In this document: positions 18,486 to 28,444 of the stretch, piece by piece
Layout of the letters: each line of letters begins with the position of its first letter
How positions within the stretch are numbered: the stretch's first letter is position 1
Assembly (NCBI GenBank): GCA_035291225.1
Contig: DATDSO010000004.1
Coordinates: 331,130-395,129, forward strand
DNA: 64,000 bases
Reading direction: 5' to 3'
Source: an archaeon
GTDB lineage: Archaea; Aenigmatarchaeota; Aenigmatarchaeia; Aenigmatarchaeales; JACQIB01
Notes under the pieces: model-generated
What the model was told of the DNA's origin: nothing
The model's database searches: none
The model's input: only the letters and a program-made list of their open reading frames with translations
Position numbers and translations under genes: made by a program

Positions 18486-19238
18486 ATGAGCCAAAGAATA
18501 ATCCGCAGCGAGTTTCGTTCAAGATTTCCCGGCTACATTGGAGAGAGAGACTTCTACGCGGAAAACCTTAGTATGTATAGAGAAACTGAACTTTTGTGGT
18601 TGCTACATAATTATGTGAAAATAAATAGAGATGGCTCTGCTGAGCGTGTTCAAACAGAGCAGGAATATGAAAAAATAAAGCAAAGAATGTTGAGAAGATA
18701 TAGAAGACATTCAGATCCTCATCTGTTATTTGATATTGAGAGAGGGGTTCATTTAAGCCCCGATTACAAACTATTGCCCTCGACGTATTCTGTCTCTATC
18801 GGAGGGATCTTCTATAGGAAGCAGTATACAAAAGAAATATTTTGCAAAAGAGTTTCAAGAACAAAAGAATTTAGAGTTAAGCAAAAAGACTATAGGGATG
18901 GAGGATTTAATGTAACATGCGAGGCAGAAGATGGAACATTTTTGACGTTTTTTAGAAATTGCAGCGATTACCCGACCAGTTTTTATGCTGGACACTTTGA
19001 CCCATCTTCGACATTACAGCAAGAAATAGTGGAAGGTATTCCTCGAGTCATCGATGCTTTCGATAGATTCTCTCCGAGGATGCTTGATAGTGAAGTTGTT
19101 AAAGCATCAATAGAACTCGCCTTGGAAAATGATAAATCAGAACCAAATTATGAAATTTCTGGAAAGTTAAAACCTGTGGAGGAATTTGTAGCCGCCATAG
19201 GAAGCACATTAGTCTTTGGTCCTTCTAAAACCTTTTAA
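18486..19238 (+). CDS. Hypothetical protein (250 aa)
   Basis: Intact ORF between the KH-protein gene and abcE1; no recognisable motif. Confidence 0.4.
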   Translation: MSQRIIRSEFRSRFPGYIGERDFYAENLSMYRETELLWLLHNYVKINRDGSAERVQTEQEYEKIKQRMLRRYRRHSDPHLLFDIERGVHLSPDYKLLPSTYSVSIGGIFYRKQYTKEIFCKRVSRTKEFRVKQKDYRDGGFNVTCEAEDGTFLTFFRNCSDYPTSFYAGHFDPSSTLQQEIVEGIPRVIDAFDRFSPRMLDSEVVKASIELALENDKSEPNYEISGKLKPVEEFVAAIGSTLVFGPSKTF

Positions 19239-19262
19239 CCTTCAAAAAATATTTTTCTCTGA

Positions 19263-21038
19263 TTGATTATGAGAATAGCAGTCGTCGACCGAAGCCTCTG
19301 CAGGCCAGACAAGTGCCAGCACGAATGCATGAATGTTTGCCCGATAAATCGCGCGGGAGAAAATTGCATTTGGATTTCTGAAAGAACAGACGGGAAAAAA
19401 GCCGCAATCTCCGAAGAGCTTTGCATAGACTGCGGGCTTTGCATAAAAGCTTGCCCGTTTGGCGCAATTGAAATTGTCCACACCCCAGAGCAATTGAAAG
19501 AAAAACCAGTCCACCGCTTCGGAGAAAATCTTTTTGAATTATTCAGGCTGCCCTTTCCAATCAAAGGAGAAGTTGTTGGAATGCTCGGACCCAACGGAAC
19601 TGGAAAAACAACTGCGCTGAAAATTTTGTCCGGAGAAATAAAATCAAACTTGGGCGATTATGAAAGCGCTGGCGCGTCTGCCAGAGAATTAATAAAAATT
19701 TTCCGCGGAACCGAGCTGCAAATTTATTTGCAGCTCTTGGAAAAAGGTGGCGTGAAAACAGTTGTGAAGCCGCAGAAAATTGAAATGCTTTCGCAAGTTG
19801 AGGAAACAGCAGAAAATGTTTTGCGCAAGCATGACGAAAGAAAAATATTTTCAGATATTGTGAAAAAATTGCAATTGGAAAAAATTCTCAATAGAAAACT
19901 TTCTCAATTAAGCGGAGGAGAATTGCAGCGCATTGCAATTGCAATCGCTGCTTTGAGAAAAGCGGATTTCTATTTCATTGACGAGCCTTCAAATTATTTG
20001 GATGTTTACCAGAGATTGAACGCGGCAAAAGTTATTCGCGAGCTCGCAAAAGATTCTGCGGTTCTTGTAGTAGAGCATGACCTCGCAACTCTGGATTTTC
20101 TTGCTGACAGAATTCATGTTTTGTATGGCGTGCCGGGAGTTTATGGAATTGTTTCAGCAGCCTATGGAACGCGCGTGGGAGTGAATGCTTTTCTTGATGG
20201 ATACTTGAAAACAGAAAATATGCGCGTGCGATCTGAAGCATTGGATTTCACAAGCACAAAGCAAAAGGGCTCTGCGAAAAAAGAAATTTATTTGCAGTGG
20301 GAAAATCTGGAAAAAACTCTGGGCAATTTTGATCTTTCCATTGGAGTGGGCTCTGTATTCAAAGGAGAAGTTATTGGAATTTTCGGCGCGAATGGTTTGG
20401 GCAAAACAACTTTCGCAAAAATTCTCGCAGGCGAAATAAAAACTGACGCTGGAAAAATAACCAAGTCTGTGAAAATTTCCTACAAGCCCCAGTATATCAA
20501 AGCAGAGGGAGATGAAACAGTTTCTGAAATGCTTTCCTCAGAAACAAATATTTTTGCAGAGGACTTTAAGGCAATGATTTTGAAACCCTTGGGGATTGAA
20601 AAACTTTTGGAGAGAAAAGTTTCCGAGCTTTCCGGCGGAGAGCTGCAGGCTGTTGCGATTGCTCTCTGCCTTGGGAGAAAAGCTGATTTGTATTTGCTGG
20701 ACGAGCCTTCTGCTTTTCTTGACGCGGAAAAAAGGCTCGCCGCCGGCCGCGCAATAAGAAAATTCTGCGAGGCGCACGAATGCTCTGCGTTGATAATTGA
20801 CCACGACTTGCTTTTTTTGAGCTATCTGGCAGACCGCGCAATTGTTTTTTCTGGAATTTCTGCGGAAAAAGGAACTGCCGAGCAAATGGACTTGCAGGCG
20901 GGCTTCAACAAATTTTTGCGCGAGGTGGACATAACTTTCAGAAGAGACCCGCAAACAATGCGGCCGCGCGCGAATAAGCCGGGCTCGCAGAAAGATTTGA
21001 AGCAGAAAGCTGAGGGAAAATATTTTGTTGTTGAGTGA
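19263..21038 (+). CDS. abcE1: ABCE1 / RNase L inhibitor homologue (ribosome recycling ATPase)
   Basis: N-terminal double 4Fe-4S cysteine clusters (CRPDKCQHECMNVCP, CIDCGLCIKACP) followed by two ABC domains (GPNGTGKTT, LSGGELQ twice). Confidence 0.9.
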   Translation: MIMRIAVVDRSLCRPDKCQHECMNVCPINRAGENCIWISERTDGKKAAISEELCIDCGLCIKACPFGAIEIVHTPEQLKEKPVHRFGENLFELFRLPFPIKGEVVGMLGPNGTGKTTALKILSGEIKSNLGDYESAGASARELIKIFRGTELQIYLQLLEKGGVKTVVKPQKIEMLSQVEETAENVLRKHDERKIFSDIVKKLQLEKILNRKLSQLSGGELQRIAIAIAALRKADFYFIDEPSNYLDVYQRLNAAKVIRELAKDSAVLVVEHDLATLDFLADRIHVLYGVPGVYGIVSAAYGTRVGVNAFLDGYLKTENMRVRSEALDFTSTKQKGSAKKEIYLQWENLEKTLGNFDLSIGVGSVFKGEVIGIFGANGLGKTTFAKILAGEIKTDAGKITKSVKISYKPQYIKAEGDETVSEMLSSETNIFAEDFKAMILKPLGIEKLLERKVSELSGGELQAVAIALCLGRKADLYLLDEPSAFLDAEKRLAAGRAIRKFCEAHECSALIIDHDLLFLSYLADRAIVFSGISAEKGTAEQMDLQAGFNKFLREVDITFRRDPQTMRPRANKPGSQKDLKQKAEGKYFVVE

Positions 21039-21130
21039 AAGTGGAGAACTTCTCTCAAATTATGTGTCGTAGAAAAATTCCGCCGCTAAAAATTTCTGGC
21101 GTATTTATTTTTTCTTTTCACACACCAGTT

Positions 21131-21163
21131 GCGAGCGCGTTTGAGTTTACTCAACGCGCGAGC
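21131..21163. repeat. GC-rich palindromic intergenic repeat, copy 1
   Basis: gcgagcgcgtttgagtttactcaacgcgcgagc; first 20 nt recur in reverse complement at 38170-38204 with one mismatch. Confidence 0.55.
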
Positions 21164-21166
21164 TTA

Positions 21167-21961
21167 TCAGCTCCCTGTGCTTGAATAATGCTTCAGCCCG
21201 AATTTCCAAAAGCTGTATGCAACTGCGAAAGAAATTATTGCGACAAGCGGCGAAAGATATTGGAGCTGAGGCCAGATTCCTTTTCCTAAAATTGCGGCAG
21301 CTGGGAAATAATTTACGAAAGCGAGTGGCATGATAAAAGTCAGGAATGCCTTAATGTATTTATTGAAAATTTCCAAAGGGTAGTTTGTAAAATTTCCTGT
21401 TATCCAAACAATTTCAGTAATTGGACCGATTCTTGTTGTCCAGAACGCGAGCGTCGCTATTGCAAGAAAAATTGAATAAATTATCAGAGAGCCGCTTAAA
21501 AGAAAAATAGCAAGAGCGAAAAGCTTTTCCACGCTCCACACAACGCTAACAATTGGCATGCTTATTGCCAGCAAAGCAATTCCGCTTAATAAATCCCCAA
21601 ATCCATGTGTGTCAAAAGTAGAAATCATCATATATTTTATCGGCTTCATTGGCTGAACAAGAACTCTGTCAAGGCTGCCGCTGCGCACAGCTTCTTCAAC
21701 GCGCCAAGGAACTGTCCCTTTAAGAAAAGTATTCCACACTCCCCACGCAAAAACTTCAAGCGCGTATAGGAATAATAGCTCTTCCAATGTCCAGCCATTT
21801 ATATTTGGAATATTTTGCATAATAACCCAATAGAATAGGACGCCTATTACATTTGTGAGAACAAGCGCAAAAATTCCCAAAAAGAAATCTTCCGCATATT
21901 GAAAATCTTCGGCAATTCGCGCAACTGCAAATTTTTTCCACAACCTGAAAGTTTTTAACAT
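21167..21961 (-). CDS. ABC-2 type transporter permease subunit
   Basis: Polytopic membrane protein in operon with a second permease and an ABC ATPase; start set at internal Met (track ORF extends to 22006). Confidence 0.6.
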   Translation of the reverse strand: MLKTFRLWKKFAVARIAEDFQYAEDFFLGIFALVLTNVIGVLFYWVIMQNIPNINGWTLEELLFLYALEVFAWGVWNTFLKGTVPWRVEEAVRSGSLDRVLVQPMKPIKYMMISTFDTHGFGDLLSGIALLAISMPIVSVVWSVEKLFALAIFLLSGSLIIYSIFLAIATLAFWTTRIGPITEIVWITGNFTNYPLEIFNKYIKAFLTFIMPLAFVNYFPAAAILGKGIWPQLQYLSPLVAIISFAVAYSFWKFGLKHYSSTGS

Positions 21962-22044
21962 TTCAACCACCCCCCGAGGAGGGCTCCGCCCTCCTTCTGG
22001 GTTCATTCTCCCGAATTTCTGCTTCGCAAAATATAATTTTCATT

Positions 22045-22839
22045 TCAACCACCCTGTGAAAATATTCTTTTTTTCGCGCGGCTCCAAACAAAACCCACAA
22101 ATGCAGACAAAATCAAAATCCACAAAACCTGAAAGCCCAGAGCTGAAAAAATTTCCACGCCGGAGATTTTTCCAATGTAGATTGAAAGAGGGATATGAAA
22201 GGCTGCTGCGAATGGAAGCAGTTGAAGGATTGAAAAAAGCCATGCCGGGAAAAAATAAAGCGGCATGAGGGAGCCGGAAACCATGTCGCTAATCATGTTT
22301 CTGCTGAGCGTCAAGCCCCAGACTTTTCCGCCCGACCAGAAAACCCACATACCTGTTAGAAAAGCCAAAAGGAAATTTATCAGATATGAAAAAATCAGGC
22401 TGACGAAAAATAAAAGCGAGGCAGGCATAGAAACTTTTACAATTAAAACCGCGCCCAACAAAACAGGGAAGCCCCATGTCATAACTTTGTATCCTACAGC
22501 TCCGATATTCCCAAAAAGCCTGTAAAGCGGATAGCTCATTGGGATTGTAAGCTTTCGCGTTATTCCTCCCATGCGCACATCATACTCTATCTCACCTTCT
22601 ACGAAGCTCCAAGCAAGCGGCCGTATCAGCGAAGAAATTACCATGTAGGTTATCATAATTTCAAAAGTCATTCCATTTATTTCTGGAGTTCCTGCGGTTG
22701 TGAAAATCGCTTTCCATAAAAACCAGAATGCAATCAAAGTCAGGACAGACTGCGCGAGCCCGCCAATAAAATTCGTCCTGTAAGCAAGCATTTCCTTGAA
22801 AGAAGTTTCAGCAAGTTTCAAATATCTTCCCAGCATCAA
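22045..22839 (-). CDS. ABC-2 type transporter permease subunit
   Basis: About 6 TM helices; overlaps the upstream ABC ATPase gene by 4 nt. Confidence 0.6.
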   Translation of the reverse strand: MMLGRYLKLAETSFKEMLAYRTNFIGGLAQSVLTLIAFWFLWKAIFTTAGTPEINGMTFEIMITYMVISSLIRPLAWSFVEGEIEYDVRMGGITRKLTIPMSYPLYRLFGNIGAVGYKVMTWGFPVLLGAVLIVKVSMPASLLFFVSLIFSYLINFLLAFLTGMWVFWSGGKVWGLTLSRNMISDMVSGSLMPLYFFPAWLFSILQLLPFAAAFHIPLSIYIGKISGVEIFSALGFQVLWILILSAFVGFVWSRAKKRIFSQGG

Positions 22840-23837
22840 ATCCCCTCCCTGTAAATTCTCCTAATAATTTCCTCAATGTCAGGCTCCTCAATTTCAATAT
22901 CATGCACAGGATAGCGCGAGAGAATTTTTTTCAATGCTTCAGTCAGGGAAATTTTTTCAGTGTTGACGGAAATTTTTGCAGTATTTTCTTTTCTTTCTAA
23001 AATCTTTACTCCATTGATTGAAATTCTTTTCACAGGCTTGTGGAACTCAGCGAGCAAAATTCTTTCCTTTCCAAATTTTTTCTTTATCTCCGCGAACGAG
23101 CCATCGTAAATTATTTTTCCGCTGTCCACAATAATTATCCGCTCGCACAGCTCCTCAATGTCGCCGACATCGTGAGTTGTGAGAATAATCGTTGAGCCTG
23201 CTGAATTCACTTCTTTCAAAAACTTTCTCATGCGGTGCTTGCCTTCAACATCCAATCCAATTGTCGGCTCATCCAAGTAAACAATCGGCGGGCCGTGCAA
23301 AAGGCAGGCGGCAAGCTCGCAGCGCATTCTCTCGCCCAAAGAAAGCTTGCGCGTGGGCTGCTCCAGATATTTTTCTATTCCCAGAACCTGAGAAAATTTT
23401 TTCATGCGGGCGCGAAAATCTTTTTCAGGGATTTCATAAATTGCTTTCAAAAGTTCAAAAGTATTTTTCACAGGAATATCCCACCAGAGCTGGGTGCGCT
23501 GACCGAAAACAACTCCCATCTGGCGCGCATTTTTTTCGCGTTGCTCGTATGGAACCAAGCCATTCACAATTGCTTTTCCGTTCGTTGGCAAAAGAATTCC
23601 AGTGAGAATTTTTATCAGCGTGGACTTGCCCGCGCCGTTCGGCCCGATTATTCCAACAAATTCTCCGGGCGCGATTTTCAGGTTTATGTTTTTCAGCGCA
23701 GTGTGAATTTTATATTTTCTGCTAAACAAGCTCGCCAAATTTTCTTTCAATGTAGAGCCGCGCAAGTAGGTCTTGAATTCCTTGCTCAAGTCGCGGACAT
23801 CTATGATTGGGGCAATGGGCATTGTATCAGTCTCCAT
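22836..23837 (-). CDS. ABC transporter ATP-binding protein
   Basis: Walker A GPNGAGKST, signature LSLGERMR, Walker B VYLDEPT, H-loop TTHD. Confidence 0.85.
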   Translation of the reverse strand: METDTMPIAPIIDVRDLSKEFKTYLRGSTLKENLASLFSRKYKIHTALKNINLKIAPGEFVGIIGPNGAGKSTLIKILTGILLPTNGKAIVNGLVPYEQREKNARQMGVVFGQRTQLWWDIPVKNTFELLKAIYEIPEKDFRARMKKFSQVLGIEKYLEQPTRKLSLGERMRCELAACLLHGPPIVYLDEPTIGLDVEGKHRMRKFLKEVNSAGSTIILTTHDVGDIEELCERIIIVDSGKIIYDGSFAEIKKKFGKERILLAEFHKPVKRISINGVKILERKENTAKISVNTEKISLTEALKKILSRYPVHDIEIEEPDIEEIIRRIYREGI

Positions 23838-23960
23838 TTGTTTTGCTGCTTAAAAAATGCAGCGAAAAGAAAAATATTTTTGGCTCTAAGTTAAAAAAGA
23901 ATTAGTTGTATTTTACCATTGAAATCGCCTGCACTATATTGGGTTCGCAATTTAAAAAGC

Positions 23961-25136
23961 TTATAATTTTCTTTTTCCCACAAAACTGAAAACCAAAAAG
24001 TAAATCCAAATCACAACAGCCATGCCGATGAAGGCATAGTTATGATTTATTCCATAGAGAAATCCTCCCAACATTGGGCCTGTCATCAGTCCGAGTGAGC
24101 GGAATGAGCTTTCCAAGCCAAGAATAGTTCCGCGCTTACCTGAAACTTTTTTTGTCAGCAGCGATGGAACGGAAGGAAAAATAAGAGCATTGCCCAACAC
24201 GAAAACAGTCAGCGGAAGCAAAAGAGATATCCAATCTTTTGCAAAAAGCAGAGTCAAAAATCCCAAACCAGAAACAAGGAGTCCGGCTTGTATGAGTTTT
24301 ATTTCTCCGTATTTGTTAATGAATTTTCCGGTCAGGCCGCGCGAGAGAAAAATCAGCACACCTACATAAGTGAAAACTATTCCGAGCTGGGAGGAAGTGA
24401 AGCCGAGCCTCTCGCCGGTATATAGAGCAATAACAGCTTCATGCCCTCCAACCATGAAGCTCGCCATAAACGAAGATAGGAAAAGAAAAAGCATGTTTGA
24501 TTTCAGGTGCTGGAAAAAAGAAATTTCTTTTTCCACCAAATTTTTGCTTTCTGCCTTTTCTTTCAGTTCAGAAAGCTGGAAATTAACTGAAAATAAATTC
24601 GCGGCGCTCAATGCAAAAGAAAGTAAGAACGCGTCCCTTACAGAAAAATGCGAAGCCAAGCCCCCGAAAGCAGGGCCAAGAATAAAACCCGCGGACATAG
24701 CCATTCCAAAAAGCCCCATTACTTCGCCACGCTGTTTCTCAGTTGTGAAGTCTGAAAGAAGTGAAATGCATGAAGGAAAAACTGCTGCGGCAAAAACTCC
24801 GGCAAGCGCACGCGCAAACAAAATCATTGCAAGCGAATCAGAAAAAGCCAAAAGCAAATAAGAGGATCCGTAGCCTGCAACACCGGCCAGCAGAATTTTT
24901 TTTCTTCCAAATTTATCAGAAAGCTTTCCCATTATCGGGCTGAAAATCAAACTTGCAAACGCGAATGCCGAGACAATCATACCCAGTTCAATAGGCTTTG
25001 CTCCGATAGAGAGCGAATAAAATGGGAGTATTGGCAAAATAATTCCGAATCCAATGCTCGTCATTAAAACTGTAAAGAGGACTGTTTTTACTCCCGGAAC
25101 TTTTAGTATATCTTTGAATGACATTTTACCACCCAC
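23961..25136 (-). CDS. MFS-type membrane transporter
   Basis: 391 aa, 12 predicted TM segments, SDKFGRKK loop motif between TM2 and TM3. Confidence 0.8.
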   Translation of the reverse strand: MGGKMSFKDILKVPGVKTVLFTVLMTSIGFGIILPILPFYSLSIGAKPIELGMIVSAFAFASLIFSPIMGKLSDKFGRKKILLAGVAGYGSSYLLLAFSDSLAMILFARALAGVFAAAVFPSCISLLSDFTTEKQRGEVMGLFGMAMSAGFILGPAFGGLASHFSVRDAFLLSFALSAANLFSVNFQLSELKEKAESKNLVEKEISFFQHLKSNMLFLFLSSFMASFMVGGHEAVIALYTGERLGFTSSQLGIVFTYVGVLIFLSRGLTGKFINKYGEIKLIQAGLLVSGLGFLTLLFAKDWISLLLPLTVFVLGNALIFPSVPSLLTKKVSGKRGTILGLESSFRSLGLMTGPMLGGFLYGINHNYAFIGMAVVIWIYFLVFSFVGKRKL

Positions 25137-25192
25137 ACTAAAGAGTTAATTCCAAAATGAATATTTAAAAACTCCCAAGGCTAAATATTTTA

Positions 25193-25525
25193 GTGCCCCA
25201 AGATATTTCCTGTGTTGCCTGCGGCGGCAAGAATGTGCGCATGCGCGTATACAGTTCTACAAAATTTTTTGACGGCACTTGCTTGTGCTTGGACTGCGGG
25301 GCGGAGTTTTGAAAAAGATTTATAATGCTCCTTGGCATGAAACGTATTGCATTTTCATCACGGGGGCTTACCATACGAAAGAACCGAGCATTGATGCTAT
25401 GGTGCAACACCTTGTACGCGTAGCTAGACGAGTTGTATACGAACCTGGTGCCGGGCTTGTAGAGCGCAAGCCGCGCGACCCCTACGACCACGACTTTTCT
25501 GGTTTTTTCTCGAACGCAGGCTAAA
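25193..25525 (+). ncRNA. Candidate structured RNA locus (identity unresolved); 5' part could alternatively encode a 39 aa CxxC...CxCxxC zinc-ribbon peptide
   Basis: GC-rich island relative to flanks; nested long-range complementarity (gcctgcg 25218-24 with cgcaggc 25515-21; gttctacaa 25253-61 with ttgtagagc 25458-66; cggcac with gtgccg); overlapping long ORFs look non-protein-like. Confidence 0.25.
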
Positions 25526-25531
25526 CTTTTT

Positions 25532-27247
25532 TTACTTCCCCAATATCTCCCTAGCCAACTCCGCTTCGGCCGCATCGAATTCTTCCAAAACTTTCAAATC
25601 ATTTTCAGAAATAATTGTTTCCAAAACATCTCCTTCGGAAATTCCTCGCCCAACAACTGCGCCTTCAATTGAAATCGCAACGCGCTCGCCGGCTTTTGCT
25701 TTTTCAATTGTCTGGCTCTCCTGCTGGATTTGCCTTAGCGTGCCAATCTCATTTTTATTTTTCTGCAGGCGGCAGCCGGATTTTAATTCTCCTGACAGAA
25801 TTTCCACGCCAACAACAGCAGGCTCGCTCTGGCGGAAAACAAAGCCTGGTAAAATTCTCATACGGCAGGGCATTGTAATGCTCGCAAGCTTTTCCTGCTT
25901 CAATTTTTCCTTCTCGCTTTTCAGCCAAGAATCATACTCTTCAAACAATCTGTAAATAATATTGCTCGCCAGAATTTTCACTCCAGAATTTTTCACCTCG
26001 CTTAAAATTTCATCTCCAACAGGAACATTGAAAACAAAAATCAACTTTTTAAAATTATCTTTCAAAAGTTTTTGGTCCTGTATATCTCTTCTGGAAGCAG
26101 GCCCGACTTCTGCTTTTCTGATTGGGATTTCCTTTTGCTTGAGAATGTGAATCAAAGCTTCCAGTGATCCGAGAGTGTCTGCGCGTACAATTGCGCCTTC
26201 AATTTCCGACTCAAATTCAACTTCCTCAACTTCTGCTTTCAATTCCGCTTTTGCGGCATCAACTTCCTTTTCTGTTTTTACAGCGCGCACAGGCGAGCCT
26301 GCGACAGCGTTTTCAATTCCTGTTGCGGAAACTTTTATTCCAGCCGCAGCTGAAACAGAATCAACATTTTCAAAATCTTTTTCAACTCTCAATTCAGACA
26401 TTGGCTTTGGTTTTAGCAAAGCTTTCACTTTTCCCACAGCAGGCTCGCGGCCTCCTACAACCAGAAAATCCCCGCGGGAAATTTTTCCATCAAACAAAAT
26501 TACATCAATTGTTGTGCCAAGACCTTTGAAATCTTTTACCTCTAGAATAATTCCCTTTCCGCTCTCGCCGGAAAGTTCCAATTCTTTTTTCAAAAATGCT
26601 TGAGCCAAACCAGAAAGCATCATTATCAACTCGGGAATTCCCTCGCCTGTAATTCCGGAAACTGGGACAATAGCAACAGTTTTTTTGAAGTCAGAAACTC
26701 TGTCAAATCTTTCAGACTCAAACCCGCGCTGGGAAAGCTGGCCAAGAATTTTGTAAATAGCCTCGTCAGCTTTTTCTTTCACATGTTCGGGTTGCTTGTC
26801 CAAGCTTTTCAAAAAACTTTCTCCCTCATTTGCATGCCAACCTTCAACGCGGTCGATTTTTGTCGCAGCGACAATGAACGGAGTTTTAAACTGCTTTAGA
26901 AAATTCAGTGATTCATCAGTCTGCGGCTCAAATCCTTTTGTCACATCAACAACTAAAATCGCCAAGTCCGAGCATGAGCCCCCGCGTTTTCTCAAAGTTG
27001 TAAAGGCTTCGTGTCCTGGAGTGTCAATAAAAAGCAAACCTGGAATTTCCAAACTTATTTTTAATTTATCCAGAAGCTCGCCGGAAATTTTTCTTATAGA
27101 ATCAGAAGGAATTTCAGTTGCGCCTATTGCCTGCGTTATTCCGCCGGCTTCTTTTGCTGCGACAGCGCTCGACCTGATGCGGTCTAGCAAAGTTGTCTTT
27201 CCGTGGTCCACATGACCGAGAACGCAAACAATTGGCTGGCGCAACAT
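25532..27247 (-). CDS. infB: Translation initiation factor aIF5B (IF-2 homologue)
   Basis: G domain GHVDHGKTTLLD, DTPGHEAF, ATKIDR; domain order typical of aIF5B. Confidence 0.9.
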   Translation of the reverse strand: MLRQPIVCVLGHVDHGKTTLLDRIRSSAVAAKEAGGITQAIGATEIPSDSIRKISGELLDKLKISLEIPGLLFIDTPGHEAFTTLRKRGGSCSDLAILVVDVTKGFEPQTDESLNFLKQFKTPFIVAATKIDRVEGWHANEGESFLKSLDKQPEHVKEKADEAIYKILGQLSQRGFESERFDRVSDFKKTVAIVPVSGITGEGIPELIMMLSGLAQAFLKKELELSGESGKGIILEVKDFKGLGTTIDVILFDGKISRGDFLVVGGREPAVGKVKALLKPKPMSELRVEKDFENVDSVSAAAGIKVSATGIENAVAGSPVRAVKTEKEVDAAKAELKAEVEEVEFESEIEGAIVRADTLGSLEALIHILKQKEIPIRKAEVGPASRRDIQDQKLLKDNFKKLIFVFNVPVGDEILSEVKNSGVKILASNIIYRLFEEYDSWLKSEKEKLKQEKLASITMPCRMRILPGFVFRQSEPAVVGVEILSGELKSGCRLQKNKNEIGTLRQIQQESQTIEKAKAGERVAISIEGAVVGRGISEGDVLETIISENDLKVLEEFDAAEAELAREILGK

Positions 27248-27297
27248 ATCGGATCACAAAGAAATTTCGTGCGCGAGACTTATAAATTAGAATTTTA

Positions 27298-28377
27298 TTA
27301 TGCAGGTTTAGCCATTCCAATATCTGCTAGTGCGCGCTCCACTTCCCCTTCATATCCATCTTGCTGGCCAAACACCGACATACCAGCATCTCTGCTTCTT
27401 CCATAAGCTGTCTTTTGTGCAGCTTTCTTAGCAATTCCCGGCTCAATCAAACCAGTTTTCGTGTGATAACCTATCTGCAGGCATTGAGAAAGAAAATCTA
27501 AAAATCTGTCCGGCTTGTAGAGCTTAGCACCTTCACCATCTTCTTTCATTGTATACGCCACACCCAATCCAATTGCCAATGCCTTATTATTGAATGGAAA
27601 TAGAGGGGCATCTTCTACTAGTCTCCTTTCTTTTCTTTTTATCTGAGAAACATATCTTTCGACAATTTCCATTAAAACTTTTACTGGATATCCGTTTATT
27701 GTATACTCCTGCGTTCTCCTCAGAAATGCCTGAGATTTTTCTCTCAAAACTTTTTCTTCGATAGGATCTCTCCCTTTTATCTCACTGCCAACAGACGGCT
27801 TCATTGCAAATACAGTAGCGTAGCAATTATCTATGAATTCTCCAAGAGTATTAAGATCCTCAACAGATGCGAGACTGTCGGCATCATCGAAAAAAATTGC
27901 GATCTCCCTTTCTATTGGAGGTTCCCTTATTTTTTCTAATATCTGGTGGATGTGATCGCTCTTCTCTTGTGCTGATACGTCCCTGCCAGATCGCCTGAGG
28001 GCAGCAACATCATCAGATATTTTACCTGGAATGCCGCCTGTACTTTTTTTCAATTCCCTCACGATATAACGTCCAATTACTGTTATCCCACCTCTTCCGA
28101 TGTAAGTGTGTGTAGATGTATCTGGAAGAGCATCGAATGGAATAATAGGAACAAGCAACCTTCCATCAAACTCTTCAACAAGCTTTTTCTTAACTTCTCT
28201 CAAAATTGTTGTTTTGCCTGTGCCTGCCTCTGCCACAAGCCTAACAGACTTCTCAGCCTTTATCAAATCAAAAACATCTTCAGCATGCTCTGTTGATATT
28301 ACAACCCTTGCCTTAGTAGGATCTGTCTTTAATCCGTAGAAATCCAGATATCTCACAGGAGTTTTTAGCATGAGCAT
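27298..28377 (-). CDS. P-loop NTPase of unknown function (AAA-like)
   Basis: Walker A-like LVAEAGTGKTT near residue 50 and Walker B-like IAIFFDDAD; no further family assignment possible. Confidence 0.55.
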   Translation of the reverse strand: MLMLKTPVRYLDFYGLKTDPTKARVVISTEHAEDVFDLIKAEKSVRLVAEAGTGKTTILREVKKKLVEEFDGRLLVPIIPFDALPDTSTHTYIGRGGITVIGRYIVRELKKSTGGIPGKISDDVAALRRSGRDVSAQEKSDHIHQILEKIREPPIEREIAIFFDDADSLASVEDLNTLGEFIDNCYATVFAMKPSVGSEIKGRDPIEEKVLREKSQAFLRRTQEYTINGYPVKVLMEIVERYVSQIKRKERRLVEDAPLFPFNNKALAIGLGVAYTMKEDGEGAKLYKPDRFLDFLSQCLQIGYHTKTGLIEPGIAKKAAQKTAYGRSRDAGMSVFGQQDGYEGEVERALADIGMAKPA

Positions 28378-28444
28378 TCAAAATTAATGTGGGAACTTCT
28401 ATAAATATTTGCTTTTATTCCAGAATCTCAACTTCTTACCTGCA

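Noticed and set aside
25193-25525. Assignment of the GC-rich island as RNase P RNA or SRP RNA, or as another intron-containing tRNA
   Set aside because: CR-I/CR-V-like strings are too close together and cannot form P4; no GGAAG-type helix 8 motif found; no acceptor stem/CCA pairing found on either strand. Left as unresolved.
25165-25575. 136 aa minus-strand ORF and 81 aa plus-strand ORF in the GC-rich island
   Set aside because: Arg/Ser-rich, non-protein-like translations; the minus ORF would overlap the aIF5B C-terminus; region better explained as structured RNA or a short peptide gene.
27298-28377. Calling the P-loop NTPase Orc1/Cdc6
   Set aside because: Walker B is DDAD rather than DExD and no sensor or winged-helix motifs could be recognised; kept as unknown.
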